Assembly (NCBI RefSeq): GCF_009914755.1
Contig: NC_060940.1
Length of the DNA: 64,000 nt
From: the human T2T-CHM13v2.0 reference genome, Homo sapiens
Strand: one strand, 5' to 3'
Shown: positions 41,070 to 55,389 of the stretch, in pieces
Layout: every line of letters begins with the position of its first letter
Numbering within the stretch: position 1 is the stretch's first letter
Position numbers and translations under genes: made by a program
Notes under the pieces: model-generated
Told to the model about the DNA's origin: nothing
The model's input: the letters and a program-made list of their open reading frames with translations, nothing else
Database searches by the model: none

Positions 41070-42400
41070 GGATCAGGACGTCTCTCCTCTGTCATCATAA
41101 AACCTTTGTCCCCTTTCCTATTTTCCCTGTGTTTCTTTTAGGTTTATTCATGGCAAGATAATCCAATCATTAAGATTTCACAATCAATAACTTCTGCAGG
41201 GAATTTAACTGAATGTTGGATATGTCATGTTAAACTTATATCCCTACATGATCTTAGAAATTCTCTGATTCACCCTGTAACAAATTTCACTAGTATCCCA
41301 AGTTTGACTATTTGTTCCAATTGCACATCTGGTCCTTTCTGTGGGGTTAGGTTTTTAGATTCATGTATTCAAATTCCTTGTTTAAATCTGTGAGTAGATA
41401 AAACTGACAGGATTTTGCAGTAAAATTATGCCAAAAATTGAATGCGAAAACAAAAAAAAAGGATAATTTGACAGTTTATAGACAAACTTAGAATTCTAAA
41501 CCCTTAATTGTCAGTTGCCTGCAGCCATGTAATGATTCAGTAATGGAACCTTAGACAAATATTACTAGTGCTTCCCACTTGGTGACCACCTAATGCACAA
41601 GTATCCCACAGGGGACTGTCTGTTGTGCCCCTCTAGGATGTACTTTTATCTGTGCGAGATTTAACAACCAACCATGTAAGTGGGTAACTTCATATCTCAA
41701 TAAGTGGAAAATAAGGGGCCAATATGGATTAGGAATTCTAACAGTATCACTGTCATTCCATAATCAACTGAAGAGTAAACATTGGTCTGCACCTTTAAAT
41801 TTGCACTATAGAATAAAGAGAAATTTGCCAGCAGGTGTAAGTTCCTCTAAATGGGTATCTTTTGGTAAAATGCTCTTTCCCTGGTTTGGCATAAATATAA
41901 ATAAAGTTATGATTAGAAACCTATCTTAAACAGTAGCTACTATAGCTGACTCTACTGCAAAATGATATGATAGCCCAGCAAATTTCTTTAAATTCTGTTG
42001 CTAAAGTTGTTTTAGATAACATGATTTCTTTTAACTATCTACTGGCTGAACAAGGTGAAGTGCAGATGATAGCTACACTTCCACTGCGCTTGGATAAACA
42101 TGTCTAATATGGTAGAAACTCAGTTGCAAGAAATCTATAAATAAGCTTCTTGGTAAAACAAGTACATTCCTCTTCTGTGTCATTTTTGATATATTTGATT
42201 TTGATTGGTTTGATTCATAGGGGCTCCTGTTATGGAATATACTTTGGTCTCTTAATATTATCTTCATGATAGCCATCATAATAGTCTCCCTGGCATGCCA
42301 TATCCTCTCAAGACTCTTAAATGTTTGTATGCAGCCAATTGTTACACATCAAATGGTATCACTCCGGTTAGAATAATGAAAACATGAAAATAACATAAAG
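41070..42400 (+). pseudogene. gamma-type ERV env relic
   Basis: NLTECWICH (CxxC at 41214-41225), furin site RIKR (41810-41821), ISD-like KVVLDNMISFNYLLAEQG (42003-42056), then a hydrophobic TM-like stretch. The motifs are not all in one frame and stops intervene. Confidence 0.85.
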
Positions 42401-42542
42401 AATCATCCCACTGGTGACGTCATGAATTGTGAATTCCATGCTGAAACCAAACAAATTTATTATAATGATTACAAAGAGTGGTGTCAGTGTACAAAATTGT
42501 GGTCAATCCCTCAAAATTGGGAGGCTGGACATAAGGGGAAAA

Positions 42543-42888
42543 TGTACAAATTGAATTAAATTTAGGCTACAGCTGTCTTTATATATAGTGAACAACCTAA
42601 CTTAAGCTTATATTCTTGTAACAAAAGCTGAGTCTCAGCCAATCACAGCAGCCAAGCTTCAGCCAATCACAGGCTGTCAACAGATTACACCACGCCCAAA
42701 TAAGGCAAACGCCCAGCTGTAACCAATTGAGCTATTTCTGTTCTCCCTTTTTCCGTATAAATACTGCTGTCCACCTTGCTGGGTGGACTTCTCTGAACTT
42801 CTGGTTCTGAATGAAATCCAATTCAAGAATTACTTTTTACTAAAATTAATTCTGCTACATTTAATTTGTCTAAATTTTTTCCTGTAAC
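42543..42888 (+). mobile_element. MER57/MER93-like ERV1 3' LTR
   Basis: TG...AACA; 'gccaatcacag' twice, 'aaataaggcaaacgcc', 'ttaatttgtctaaa'. Confidence 0.85.
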
Positions 42889-43561
42889 ACATAAAATAAA
42901 CCAAAGAAAATACCATAAACCAAACTATAGAACAAGAAAGGGGAGAAGGAGGAGGAGGGAAGGAAAGAAGAGGGAGAGAAAAAAAGGCAGTAGCAGTGAC
43001 AACCTTAAAAACAGAAAGCACAGCATAAAATAGGCCGATCTAAGACACACCTATTTTCTCAGTAGTGTAACTAGGATAGCAATATTTCAAGTAAGCTTTA
43101 AATTGAAATTACACACATCCATTGTAAAATTTAGTCCTTGATTTCTTTACTAAAAATCTGTATATTTAAATTAACAGATGTGGAATGGCCATATAGACTA
43201 TGACAGGCTTCCCTTGGCCCCCAGAGACCCTAGTGGGGCATGCAATGTCTAGTGATGCTGTCTATAAGGCTAAGGCCCTACCTGAACTGAAAACCTCAAA
43301 ATTTTCACTGTTCCATATGGGCCTTACAAGAAAAATGTGCATAAAAAGAGTGCCCTTAATAGAAAATATTTATAGACATCCCAGGCTCTCCAGCACTTGA
43401 GACAAACTCAAGGTCAGCAAGGCCAGCTTCCAATCCAGTAAGAAAAAAAATTAAAAATTAAAAAATAAAAAGCAAGTCCATGAGTAGATGTCTCTGAGTA
43501 ACAATATTCCTTCCCACATTCCAAAGACCTCCTCATCCTGCAAAGATAAGTTCACCTCTCA

Positions 43562-44011
43562 TAGTGGATGCTGTTAGCACCCTTCCCACAATCCGCGAGC
43601 ACTCGCCCTTTCCATATGGGCCAATGGCTTCTGACTACAAGCATCTGGACAGTGCCCAAGGGCTTTCTCTGGCTACAGGAGCATACTCAATCCACACAAG
43701 GGGCAGGACAGAACTGCCAGGCAGTTAATGCCTCAGGGACCAACTCTCAGTCAATGAAGAATGGGAGTGGATGGGTAATATCCCAGGTCATATCCCTTGA
43801 TTAGACAATGTACAGGTAGGTATGGTGCAGTCTTCCAGTGGTCCCTAGTGGGATTAAGTAGCAAGCTGATCATTCTTGCCTGTTTTATCTGTCTTCCCAT
43901 CCTTGTCTTACTTTCCACTTCCCTTCTGGTACCTCTTGAGTCATCTCCCAAATAAATTGTTTGCTCCAGAATCCCTGTGTCAGGACCTGGGGAATCCCCA
44001 TATTAAGATAC
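43562..44011 (+). mobile_element. LTR16 (ERVL) solo LTR
   Basis: 'tagtggatgctg...gcagttaatgcctcaggg...aataaa...ggggaatccc...taagata'. Confidence 0.8.
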
Positions 44012-44339
44012 TTTTTTAAAGAAGGAAAAGATTCAAAGATTGGATCACAATGTACAGTCCAACTATATGTTACACATAAGATATTATCTAAAGCAAATTT
44101 CCTAAAAAAGATTGAAGTAAAAGAATGGGCAAGACATTCCAGGTGAAACAAACAAAAAATGACAGAGTGTAAGTGAGGTCACAAGTGAAACAACAAATGT
44201 TCAACCTTAGAAACACTTCAGATAGCATTCTCTAATTGCAAAGCAACAAAGCCAAGACTAATAAGAATGCACTAAAAAAGAAATTCACTGTGCCTGAAAT
44301 AGTGCACCTTAAGTAGTTTTTGGATAAAAGAAGAAATCT

Positions 44340-44649
44340 GGCCGGGCATGGTGACTCATGCCTATAATCTCAGCACTTTGGAAGCCTGAGGCGGGTGGAT
44401 CACAAGGTCAGGAGTTCCAGACCAGCCTGGCCAAGATGGTGAAACTCCGTTGCTAGCAAAATTACCAAAAAAATTACTGGGGCCCAGTGTCAGGAGCCTG
44501 TAATCCCAGCTACTCAGGAGGCTGAGGCAGGAGAATCACTCGAACTCGGGCAGCAGAGGTTGCAATGAGCCGAGATCATGCCACTGCGCTCCAGCCTGGG
44601 CGACAGAGTGAGCATCCATCTCAAAAAAAAAAAGAAGAAGAAGAAGAAA
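44340..44649 (+). mobile_element. AluS (Sc/Sg-like)
   Basis: Full Alu with an A/(GAA)n tail; TSD aagaagaaatc. Confidence 0.95.
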
Positions 44650-44759
44650 TCCACATCAAAATTTAGCATTATCTACAACAGTGAAAAAATGTGCATAAGA
44701 ACTTATAGAATAAAGTAAAAACAATGTTCCGGGGAAAATCAGAGCTTAAATGCATATAT

Positions 44760-46523
44760 TATTTTTATTATTATACTTTAAGTTCTGGGTAGAATTAATT
44801 ACACATGTGCAGAATGTGCAGGTTTGTTACATAGGTATACACGTGCCATGGTGGTTTGCTGCACCCATCAACCCATCGTCTACATTAGGTATTTCTCCTA
44901 ATGCTATCCCTCCCCTAGTTTCCAAGCTCCCGACAGATCCCAGTATGAGATGTTCCCTTCCCTGTGTCCATGTGTTCTCATTGTTCAACTTCTGCTTATG
45001 AGTGAGAACATGCAGTGTTTGGTTTTCTGTTCTTGTGTTAGTTTGCTGAGGATGATGGTTTCCAGCTTCATCCATGTCCCTACAAAGGACATGAACTCAT
45101 CCTTTTTTGTGGCTGCATAGTATTCCATGGTGTACATGTGCCACATTTTCTTTATCCACTCTATCATTGATGGGCATTTGGGTTGGTTCCAAGTCTTTAC
45201 TATTGTGAACAGTGCTGCAATAAACATATTTGTGCATGTGTCTTTATAGTAGAATGATTTATAATCCTTTGGGTATATACCCAGTAATGGGATTGCTGGG
45301 TCAAATGGTATTTCTAGTTCTAGATCCTTGAGGAATTGCCACACTGTCTTCCACAATGGTTGAACTAATTTACACTCCCATCAACAGTGTAAAAGCATTC
45401 CTATTTCTCCACGTCATCTCCAGCATCTGTTGTTTCCTGACTTTTTAATGATCACCATTCTAATTGGCATGCGATGGTATCTCATTGTAGTTTTGATTTG
45501 CATTTCTCTAATGACCAGTGATGATGAGCTTTTTTTCATATGTTTGTTGGCTGCATTAATGTCTTCTTTTGAGAAGTGTCTGTTCATATCCTTTGCCCAC
45601 TTTTTGATGGGGTCATTTGTTTTTTTCTTGTAAATTTGCTTAAGTTCTTTGTAGATTCTGGATATTAGCCCTGTGTCAGATAGATAGATTGCAAAAATTT
45701 TCTCCCATCCTATAGGTTGCCTGTTCACTCTGATGGTAGTTTGTTTTGCTGTGCAGAAGCTCTTTAGTTTAATTAGATCCCATTTGTCAATTTTCACTTT
45801 TGTTGCCATTGCTTTTGGTGTTTTAGTCATGAAGTCTTTGTCCATGCCTATGTCCTGAAAGGCATTGCCTAGGTTTTTTTCTAGGGTTTTTATGGTTTTA
45901 GGTCTTATGTTTAAGTCTTTAATCCATCTTGAGTTAATTTTTGTATAAGGTGTAAGGAAGGGATCCAGTTTCAGCTTTCTACATATGGCTAGCCAGTTTT
46001 CCCAGTACCATTTATTAAATAGGGAATCCTTTGCCCCTTGCTTGTTTTTGTCAGGTTTGTCAAAGATCAGATGGTTGTAGATGTGTGGCATTATTTCTGA
46101 AGCCTCTGTTCTGTTCCATTGATCTATATATCTATTTTGGTAACAGTACCATGCTGTTTTGGTTACTGTAGCCTTGTAATATAATTTGAAGTCAGATAGC
46201 ATGGTGCCACCAGCTTTGTTCTTTTTGCTTAGGATTGTCTTGGCTATGTGGGCTCTTTTGTGGTTCCATATGAAATTTAAAGTAGTTTTTTCTGATTCTG
46301 TGAAGAAAGTCAATGGTAGGTTGATGGGGATAGCATTGAATCTATAAATTACTTTGGGCAGAATGGCCATTTTCATGATATTGATTCTTCCTATCCATGA
46401 GCATGATATGTTTTTCCATTTATTTGTGTCCTATCTTATTTCCTTGAGTAGTGGTTTGTAGTTCTCCTTGAAGAGGTACTTCACATCCCCTGTAAGTTGT
46501 ATTCCTAGGTATTTCATTCTCTT
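44760..46523 (-). mobile_element. 5'-truncated L1PA (about L1PA6-8), ~1.8 kb
   Basis: Well-conserved L1 3' sequence; degenerate TSD aaatgcatatattatt / aaatgtatacactatt. Confidence 0.95.
45414..46376 (-). pseudogene. L1 ORF2p C-terminal fragment (320 aa; continues frameshifted at 44985-45356)
   Basis: '[16 protein letters not shown]...[20 protein letters not shown]...KKSGNNRCW' matches ORF2p; EN and RT domains are absent. Confidence 0.95.
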
Positions 46524-47384
46524 TAAAATGTATACACTATTAAACTAGAAAGAATAATAGTAAGTTATATAAACTTCCAAACATTTTTTTAAATACACAA
46601 TAATAAACAAAATAAGGAAATCAAAGCTAAGGAGTAAGTAGATATACAAGCAAAAATTAGTCATTTTAAAACATAAAAAAGTTATGTTTTTAAAATGTAT
46701 GTTAAAAAAATGACAAGCAAACAAATTCAAGAGCTAGTTCTTAGAAGAAAACAATAAAATAGATATACCATTAGCAAATCTAATAAAGAAAAGAAGAAGA
46801 AAATATATTTAAAAATAAATACAAAATACCAAGTGATGATGAGGAAATAAAGAGATAATTCAAAGAATCACAATCATTTTAATTAATTTGATGTAAAGAC
46901 TGGGATGAAATAGGTAATTTCCTAGAAAAGCATCACCAGGCTGACCCAGGAAAAGGCAAGATTCTACACACACTAATTTTAGAAGTAATTCAGAAAGTAA
47001 TCAAAAAGCTAGACACCCAAACTGTAGAAGACTCAGATGATTTCACAAAGGAAAATTACCAAACCTTCCCAGGACAGATAACTACTACTATTTAAACTAT
47101 TCAGAGTCTAGAAGAATATTTTCAGCTTCTTTTTACAAAACCAGAAAAACTTTGACACCAAAATCTGAAAAAGATAGCATAGGAAAAAAAAAAACAGAGC
47201 AAATCTCACTTATGAATAGTAATGCAAAAATCTTGAATAAAATATCAGCACTTAGAATCTGGCAGCACACTAAAAGAGTAATATACTAAGATTTAAAATG
47301 CAAAGATAGTTCAACATTAGGACTCACTACAGTCACATATCAACTTAGAAAAACAACATGATCATCTATACATTTTTCTCCCTA

Positions 47385-47683
<299 letters not shown>

Positions 47684-49554
47684 TCACTGCCACTACTACT
47701 ATTTAACATGGTTCTAAATGCTTTAGCAAGATACAAAAATGTGATAGCTATCACTGTTAAGGGGAAGAAAAAATCATTATTTGTATATTATGTGATTATA
47801 TAACTATGAAACACAAGAGGATCAATGAAAAAGCTATTAGAAAAATAAAGAAAATGTAGTTAAGTGTATATTTAAATTTTATATACAGATAACAATATTT
47901 TTCTATATACAAATGATTCAATTAGATCACATAATGAAAGGAAAATCTCATTTGTAAGCAGGAGTTTAAAAAGATAAACTATCAATAGGAATAAACTTTA
48001 AAAGGTGCAGAATCCATAAAAAGAAAACTTTAAGGCACTAAAGAGGAACATGAAAGAAAACTCAAATGAATGGAAATACAACCCTGTTCTTGGAAGGAGA
48101 ATTGTGCATTGTAAAGATGTCACTTCACTCTAAGTCAACCTATAAATTGTATATAATCTCAATAATGTATCAATAGAATATTTCTTGAATGAGTAAAGCT
48201 CATTCTAGAGAACTATAAAGCTACAGTAATTAAAATAATTTGGTCCAGGTGCATAAAACAGAAAAGAATAGCGAGCCTAGAAATGAATCTAAAGACATAT
48301 GAAAATGTATTATGTGACAAAGGCAGCAGTTCAAACATTGGAAAAAAGATGGATTCTTTTCAGTAAAAGGTAGTATGACAACCACCTTGTCATGTGAGGA
48401 AAAAAATCCAGATGCCTAATTCAATTCTTACCCTAAAATAAATGTTGAATAGATGAAACATTAAACCAATCACACATTTAAACATCAAAAATAAAGTTAA
48501 AACACTAGCAAAAAAAATCAGGTAATTTATTTCTTTAATTTTGGAATAGAAAAGACCACTCTAAGCATGATAGAAAGCCCAAAACCCACAAAAAAATTTT
48601 TCTAATTTGATTTCATAAAAATATAAAATGTCTGCACAATAAAATTATCACTATAAACAAAGTTTAAAAACTGGAAAAAGGATTTGTGACATATATGCAA
48701 AATGGCTAATGTTGCCTAAGAAATACTTAACAACTTAATGAGAAAAGTTCAATAATCCAATTAACACATGTACATGAAATATGAAATACACAATGTGGTT
48801 CACAGGGTAAATATATATAAAACTTTTAGGAATATGCAGAACACGACATATAATTATAGAAACGTAAATTAAACCATTAAAAAACACCATTATTTTCACC
48901 TGTCAGATTGACAAAAACAGAAATGCTGCCAGGGATATGGAGGGAACCTTCATCCTCAAATACTATCAATAAGTGTTTAAACTGATACAAACGCCATACA
49001 ATTTTCCAAAAGTTTACATGCACATAACCTTGACCCAGCAATTGCACTCTAGAAACATATCCAAGAATTCATCCTAGAGATATATTCACACATATGCTCA
49101 AAGATACATACATAAAGATGTCTACTTAAGAATTCTTCCTTATAGCAAAAACTGGAAACAATCCAAATGTCTTACTATGGAATTTTTTTAAGGTAAAATA
49201 TAGAACTACAGTGTAAGTAGCCTTTACAAAGAATGATATATTTCCCAGTATGCCGATATAGAACTATCTCCATGATATGTTGAATTTGAAAGAAAAAATA
49301 AAGCAAGGTGCAGAACAGTGTATATTCCCTATCCTCATCTGTTCATATATTTTTGAAAGGTATCACAATAAACTAGCACAGATGATGGATTCTGGGAAGG
49401 ATAGAAGGCTGAAGATCAGGTACGGAGGGAATCTTATGTTTATTCTATATGCTATCATATTGTGTGAATTTTTTACTGCATGCCCACATAATTTTAAAAA
49501 ACTAAACACTGTTTAAACAAATAAATAACAAAAGAAAGTCTCTTTGAGTGATCT

Positions 49555-51740
49555 GCAAAGCAAATTAAGAAAACAGTTCCATTTACTATGCCATCAAAAG
49601 AATAAAGTACCCGTGAATAAACTAGACTGAGGAGGCAAAAAACTTATGCAGTGAAAACTACAAAACATGCTGAAAAATTAAAGACCAAATAAATTGAAAG
49701 ACATTCATCTTCATGGGTTGGAAGACTATTGTTATGTTGTCAGTACTACCCAAAACAATCTACAGAGTTAATGCAATTCCTGTCAAAAATCTTAATGATA
49801 TTCTTTGCAGATACAGAAAAGTCCATTCTAAAATTATATAGGATCTCAAGGGACTCTGAAGCATCAACACAATTTTGAAAAAGAAGAACAAAATTGGAGA
49901 TCTCATACTTCCTAATTTCAAAATTTATTACAAAACTACAGTAATCAAAATAGCATGGTACTGGCATAAAAACAGACATATAGACACAGGGAATAAAATA
50001 CAGGGCTGATAATTAAACTCTTGTATAAATGGTCAAATGTTTTTCAACAGAGGTCATTCAACAGGAAAAGGACAGTCTCTTCACAAATGATGTTGGGAAC
50101 ACTGGATATCTACATATAAAACAATGAAGCTAGATCTAAATTTTACATCATATGTCAAAATGAAGTCAAAATGGATCAAAGACCCAAACATAAGAACTAA
50201 AACTCTAAAACTCTTAGAAGAAAACATGGAAGAAAAGCTTTATGACATTGGATTTAGCAAGTATTTCCTGGATATGATACCAAAAGCACACAGGCAAAAA
50301 AAAAAAAGTAAAAATAGATAAATTGTACTACAAAAAAATATGAAATTTCTGTGCATCAAAGGATATAATCAAAAGAATGAAAGGGCAAACTATGGAATGA
50401 AGAAAAATATCTGCAAATCATATATCTGATAAGGGATTAGTATCCAGAATACACAAAGAACTGCTACAACTCAATGACAATAAAAAAGAAGCCAATTTAA
50501 AATTAGGCAATGTTATTTATGGGACCTAAAAATCAAAACAATTGAACTCATGGAGATACAGAGCAAAAGGATGGCTACCAGAGGCTGGGAAGGGTAGTGG
50601 GAGGGTCAGAAGAAAGTGGGGACAGTTAATGGGTACCACAAAAATAGTTAGAAAGAATGAGTATGACCTAGTATTTGATAGCACAATGGGGTGACTATAG
50701 TCAATAATAATTTAATTGTACATTATTAAATATCTAAAAAAGTGTAGTTGCATTGTTTGTAACACAAAGGATAAATACTTGAGAGATAGATACTCCATTT
50801 TACATGATGGGATTATTATGCATTGCATGCCTGTATCAAAACATCTCATGTACCCCATAAATATAGACACCTACAATATACCCACAAAAATGTTTTAAAT
50901 AAAATAAAATAAAAATAGGCAAAGGATTTGATAGACATTATTCCAAAGATGATATCCAAATGACCAATAAGCTTATGAAAAGATGTTCAACATCACTAAT
51001 CTTTAGGGAAATGCAAATCAAAACCACAGTGAGATATCACCTCGCACCCATTCGGATAGCTACTATTTTTTAAAAACCCACAGAAAATCACAACTCTTGG
51101 CAAAAATACGGAAAAAAATAGAACCTTGTTAGTAGAAACATACAATGGTGCAGCTGCTGTGGAAAACGACATGGTAGATCCTCAAAAAATTGTGGTCCCA
51201 TAATTCCACTTCTGAAGATATATCCAAAAGAAGTGGAAGCAGAGTCTCAAAAATATCTGCACATAGATACTCATAGCAGTATTATTCACAATAAGCAAAA
51301 GGTAGAAGCAACCCAAATGTCCATGAACAGATGAATGAATAAACAAAGTGTGGTATAGCCATAAAATGGAATATTATTCAGCTTTAAAAAGGAAGGAAAT
51401 GCTGACACATGCTACAACATGAAGGAAACTTGAAGTCGTTATGATAAATGAAATAAGCCCATCACCAAAAGACAAATGCTATATAATTCCACTCATATGA
51501 GGTACCTAGAGTAGTCAAATTCACTGAAACAGAAAGTAGAATGGTGGTTGTCAGGGGCTGGGGGTAGGAAGTTGTTGTTTAATGATAGTTTAATAAATAG
51601 AGTTTCAGTTTTGCAAGATGAAAACGTTCTGGAGATCTGTTGCACAGCAATATGAATATAGTTAACACTATTGAACTGCACATTTAGAAATGGTTAATAT
51701 GTTAAATTTTATGTCGTGCATTTTTTTACCACAAAAAATA
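49555..51740 (+). mobile_element. L1MB-type ORF2 end plus 3'UTR
   Basis: 'MKLDLNFTSYVKMKSKWIKDPNIRTKTLKLLEE'; L1MB 3'UTR motifs. Confidence 0.9.
50511..50915 (+). mobile_element. L1MA 3' end nested in the L1MB
   Basis: L1MA 3'UTR with (TAAAA)n tail; TSD aaaattaggcaa / aaaataggcaa. Confidence 0.88.
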
Positions 51741-51829
51741 TATGTTTTTAAGTAAGTCTCCAGATCCAAGGGTATTGTAAGTAATCTCCTTTCTTTCTAA
51801 GTCCAGCAAAATATCATCGTTGCCATCAT

Positions 51830-52030
51830 CATCACCATCATTTCTTGAACACTTACTACATATGCATTACCTTATTTAATCCGTTTAACTGCCCCACAAA
51901 GTTATGTAGTTTTTTTTTATGGAAATAGAAGTTAGATGAGTTATGTAACTTGCCCCAAATCAACAATTAACAGTTTAGAGGTGGGCCCAGCTCTATCATT
52001 CCAAAACTTAATGCATCCATACAACCACTG
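51830..52030 (-). mobile_element. MIR
   Basis: 'ttatttaatcc...gttatgtaacttgcccc'. Confidence 0.7.
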
Positions 52031-52743
52031 CTCCTATTTGACCACTCCTCCTTCTCTGGTTCCCAGGAATTCGGATGTGGGGTGGAAATGACAGCAGGAA
52101 AGGCAGGCAGGAAATATCCAGTTGTTTTTGTTTTTCAGGAACTTCCATTTTCAATGGCCCCACTGCACCTTAACCCTGCCCATCCATGGGAGGTTTCAGG
52201 TGAATTAAATCAGACACGTGTGGCAGCCCTGGGGAATTAGATGAAGTTCTTATTGTATTAGTCATTTTTCCTGTCATCTTGAATTAGTGTCATGTTAGCT
52301 TAATGCAATACTAACAGGATACAGAAATGTTAGCATATTACAGACTACTCAGTGTGTCAAGTAAGAACTTTATTATATTACTCTGCCACTGATATTTCGA
52401 AGAAGGGAGAAAAACATGGCTGTGCCCGTAAAATAGAGTCAGTTAATGCCAAACCCAAGGAAAACCCCCACTTTAGAAGTTGAACTGGAGAAAGGGTGAG
52501 AGAATATATGAGGTTATCTGATTCTAAGACCTCTAATAGAATGCATATTAAGGGAATGCTAACATAAGTATCTTCTGATAATGCAACAAGGAGAATAAAT
52601 TCCTTCTTCACTGATATTTTCAACTTGGTGCCCTCTTCCCTAAATCATTGACAAAGAGCAGTTCCCTTGAAGGATGCTGATGGGTAGCGAACCCCTACTT
52701 TGACCAAATAATGTTAGAGCTTCAGTTCTAATATGAAGTCTAA

Positions 52744-53406
<663 letters not shown>

Positions 53407-53594
53407 GGTTCTTATCTTAATAGATATTCCAGGTTCTACCATTGACTTTCAAGCGGTGATCAAATCCCCTGAATTTGTATGTAAAATTGTGTATGTCCAA
53501 ATGGCTTTTTTTTTCTTGACAAAAGTCAAGATTCTTGAAGGTGAGCCCAGATAGTGAGGCCCCTCCGTATTAAAGGTGGATCAGGAAACATTAA

Positions 53595-53790
53595 GCTAAA
53601 GTGAGACAAGCAGTTATTCTAGAAGGCCTGGGTTCTAGTCCTAACTCTGCCATTGACTTCCTGGGTGACATTAAATCACATCTGCCTTGAAGACTTCGTC
53701 CAGGAAGTAGGAATAATCGTAAGTGGGTTATATACCTCACAAGGTTTTGGTGAGAATTAATGGGATATTGTATTGAGAGGAACTTCAAAA
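53595..53790 (+). mobile_element. MIR
   Basis: 'cctgggttctagtcctaactctgcc...cctcacaaggttttggtgagaattaa'. Confidence 0.8.
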
Positions 53791-53825
53791 AGGACAAATA
53801 ATCCCTTCTAGAAAGCAAACTATTA

Positions 53826-54198
<373 letters not shown>

Positions 54199-54240
54199 TC
54201 AAGAAGGAAATGTTCTCATGTACAGATCAAATAGATTTCT

Positions 54241-54537
54241 TGTTTGTTTTGTGTTTTGGTTTTCAGGGGTCTCTATTGACCAGGCTAGAGTACAGTGACA
54301 TGATCCTAGCTCACTGCTGTGTCAAACTCCTGGGCTCATTCAATCCTCTCACCTCAGCCTCTCAAGTAGCTGGGACTACAGGCACGTGCTACCACACCTG
54401 AGTAAGTTTTTAATTTTTAGTAGAGATAGGGTCTCACTATGTTGCCCAGGCTGGTCTCAAACTCCTGGTCTCAAGTAATCCTCCTGCCTCGGCCTCCCAA
54501 AGTCCTGGATTACAGGTATGAGCCACTGCACCCAGCC
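54241..54537 (-). mobile_element. AluJ
   Basis: Full Alu; TSD atcaaatagatttct. Confidence 0.93.
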
Positions 54538-55389
54538 TATCAAATAGATTTCTATAAGGGCCCTCTTGTTTTTCTCAAGGTAACAAGTCTTTGGTTCTTC
54601 TACCTGTGGGGACATAGACACTGCACTGAAACTAATTCCTGATGGAATAACCTAGTCTAAGATCCAAACAGAAAAAAACAATTATCAGCCACTTTGGCCA
54701 AGAGAGATCAAGGCAATTTTTCAAAGTGAGCCCAAGGCTCCACATGCAAGCCAGGGAAGGATATTGAACAGAAGGCAGTGTGGCACTACTATAAATGTGC
54801 GGTTCCCCTTAATTAAAAATCTATTAGCAAATTTCCTGATAGGCCGTTGGTATTTACAAATATAAACTAATAGCTATTTATTAGAATGTTTATTCTAAGG
54901 CCTTCAAATGAGTTTTTCCTTGTAGTGTGATAATTGTTCAGATGGCTTCCTGCTGATTTAATTACTTCAATTAGCGAGGATTCTCTGAGATGTGTTTCCC
55001 TTGGCTTTGGATCCTCTGTGTTGTTATCACAGGGGCCTCATTGATTGTAGCTTGAGGGCCAAGCTATATCTGTGCCACTCACCACCAAATATCAATGTTG
55101 AAAAAGTTAAGTCAGTAAGAAGAGAAAGAAAAAAGAAATCAGGCCTGCACGTTTGTTTCCCAGCACCTACTTCGGAGACAGAGGATGCTACGGATCCCAC
55201 ACCACTAGGCTGAGTCTCTTTTGGCTCGAAAAGTCTCTTTGAGCTCATTGGGCTCGTTGTGTTTAGTCGTCCATTTTTTTATCTCTTGCCACCTTGTCAT
55301 CAATGCTGTACTTTAAAAGGTTAGAAGCCCAGTGGAGAAGTATTATGGCTGACCAAAAGAGCACTAGGCTTAGCTCCTGACAACCTGAA

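Larger units (their letters stand above)
35011..42542 (+). mobile_element. degraded ERV1 (MER57/MER4-group) internal region lacking the 5' LTR
   Basis: AT-rich MER4-group internal sequence, integrase-like and env-like peptides, and a polypurine tract 'aaggggaaaa' abutting the 3' LTR. Confidence 0.8.

Noticed and set aside
45414-46376. 320-aa ORF as a functional gene or active L1
   Set aside because: It is the C-terminal part of ORF2p in a 5'-truncated L1PA, lacking the promoter, ORF1, EN and RT, and it is frameshifted before the end.
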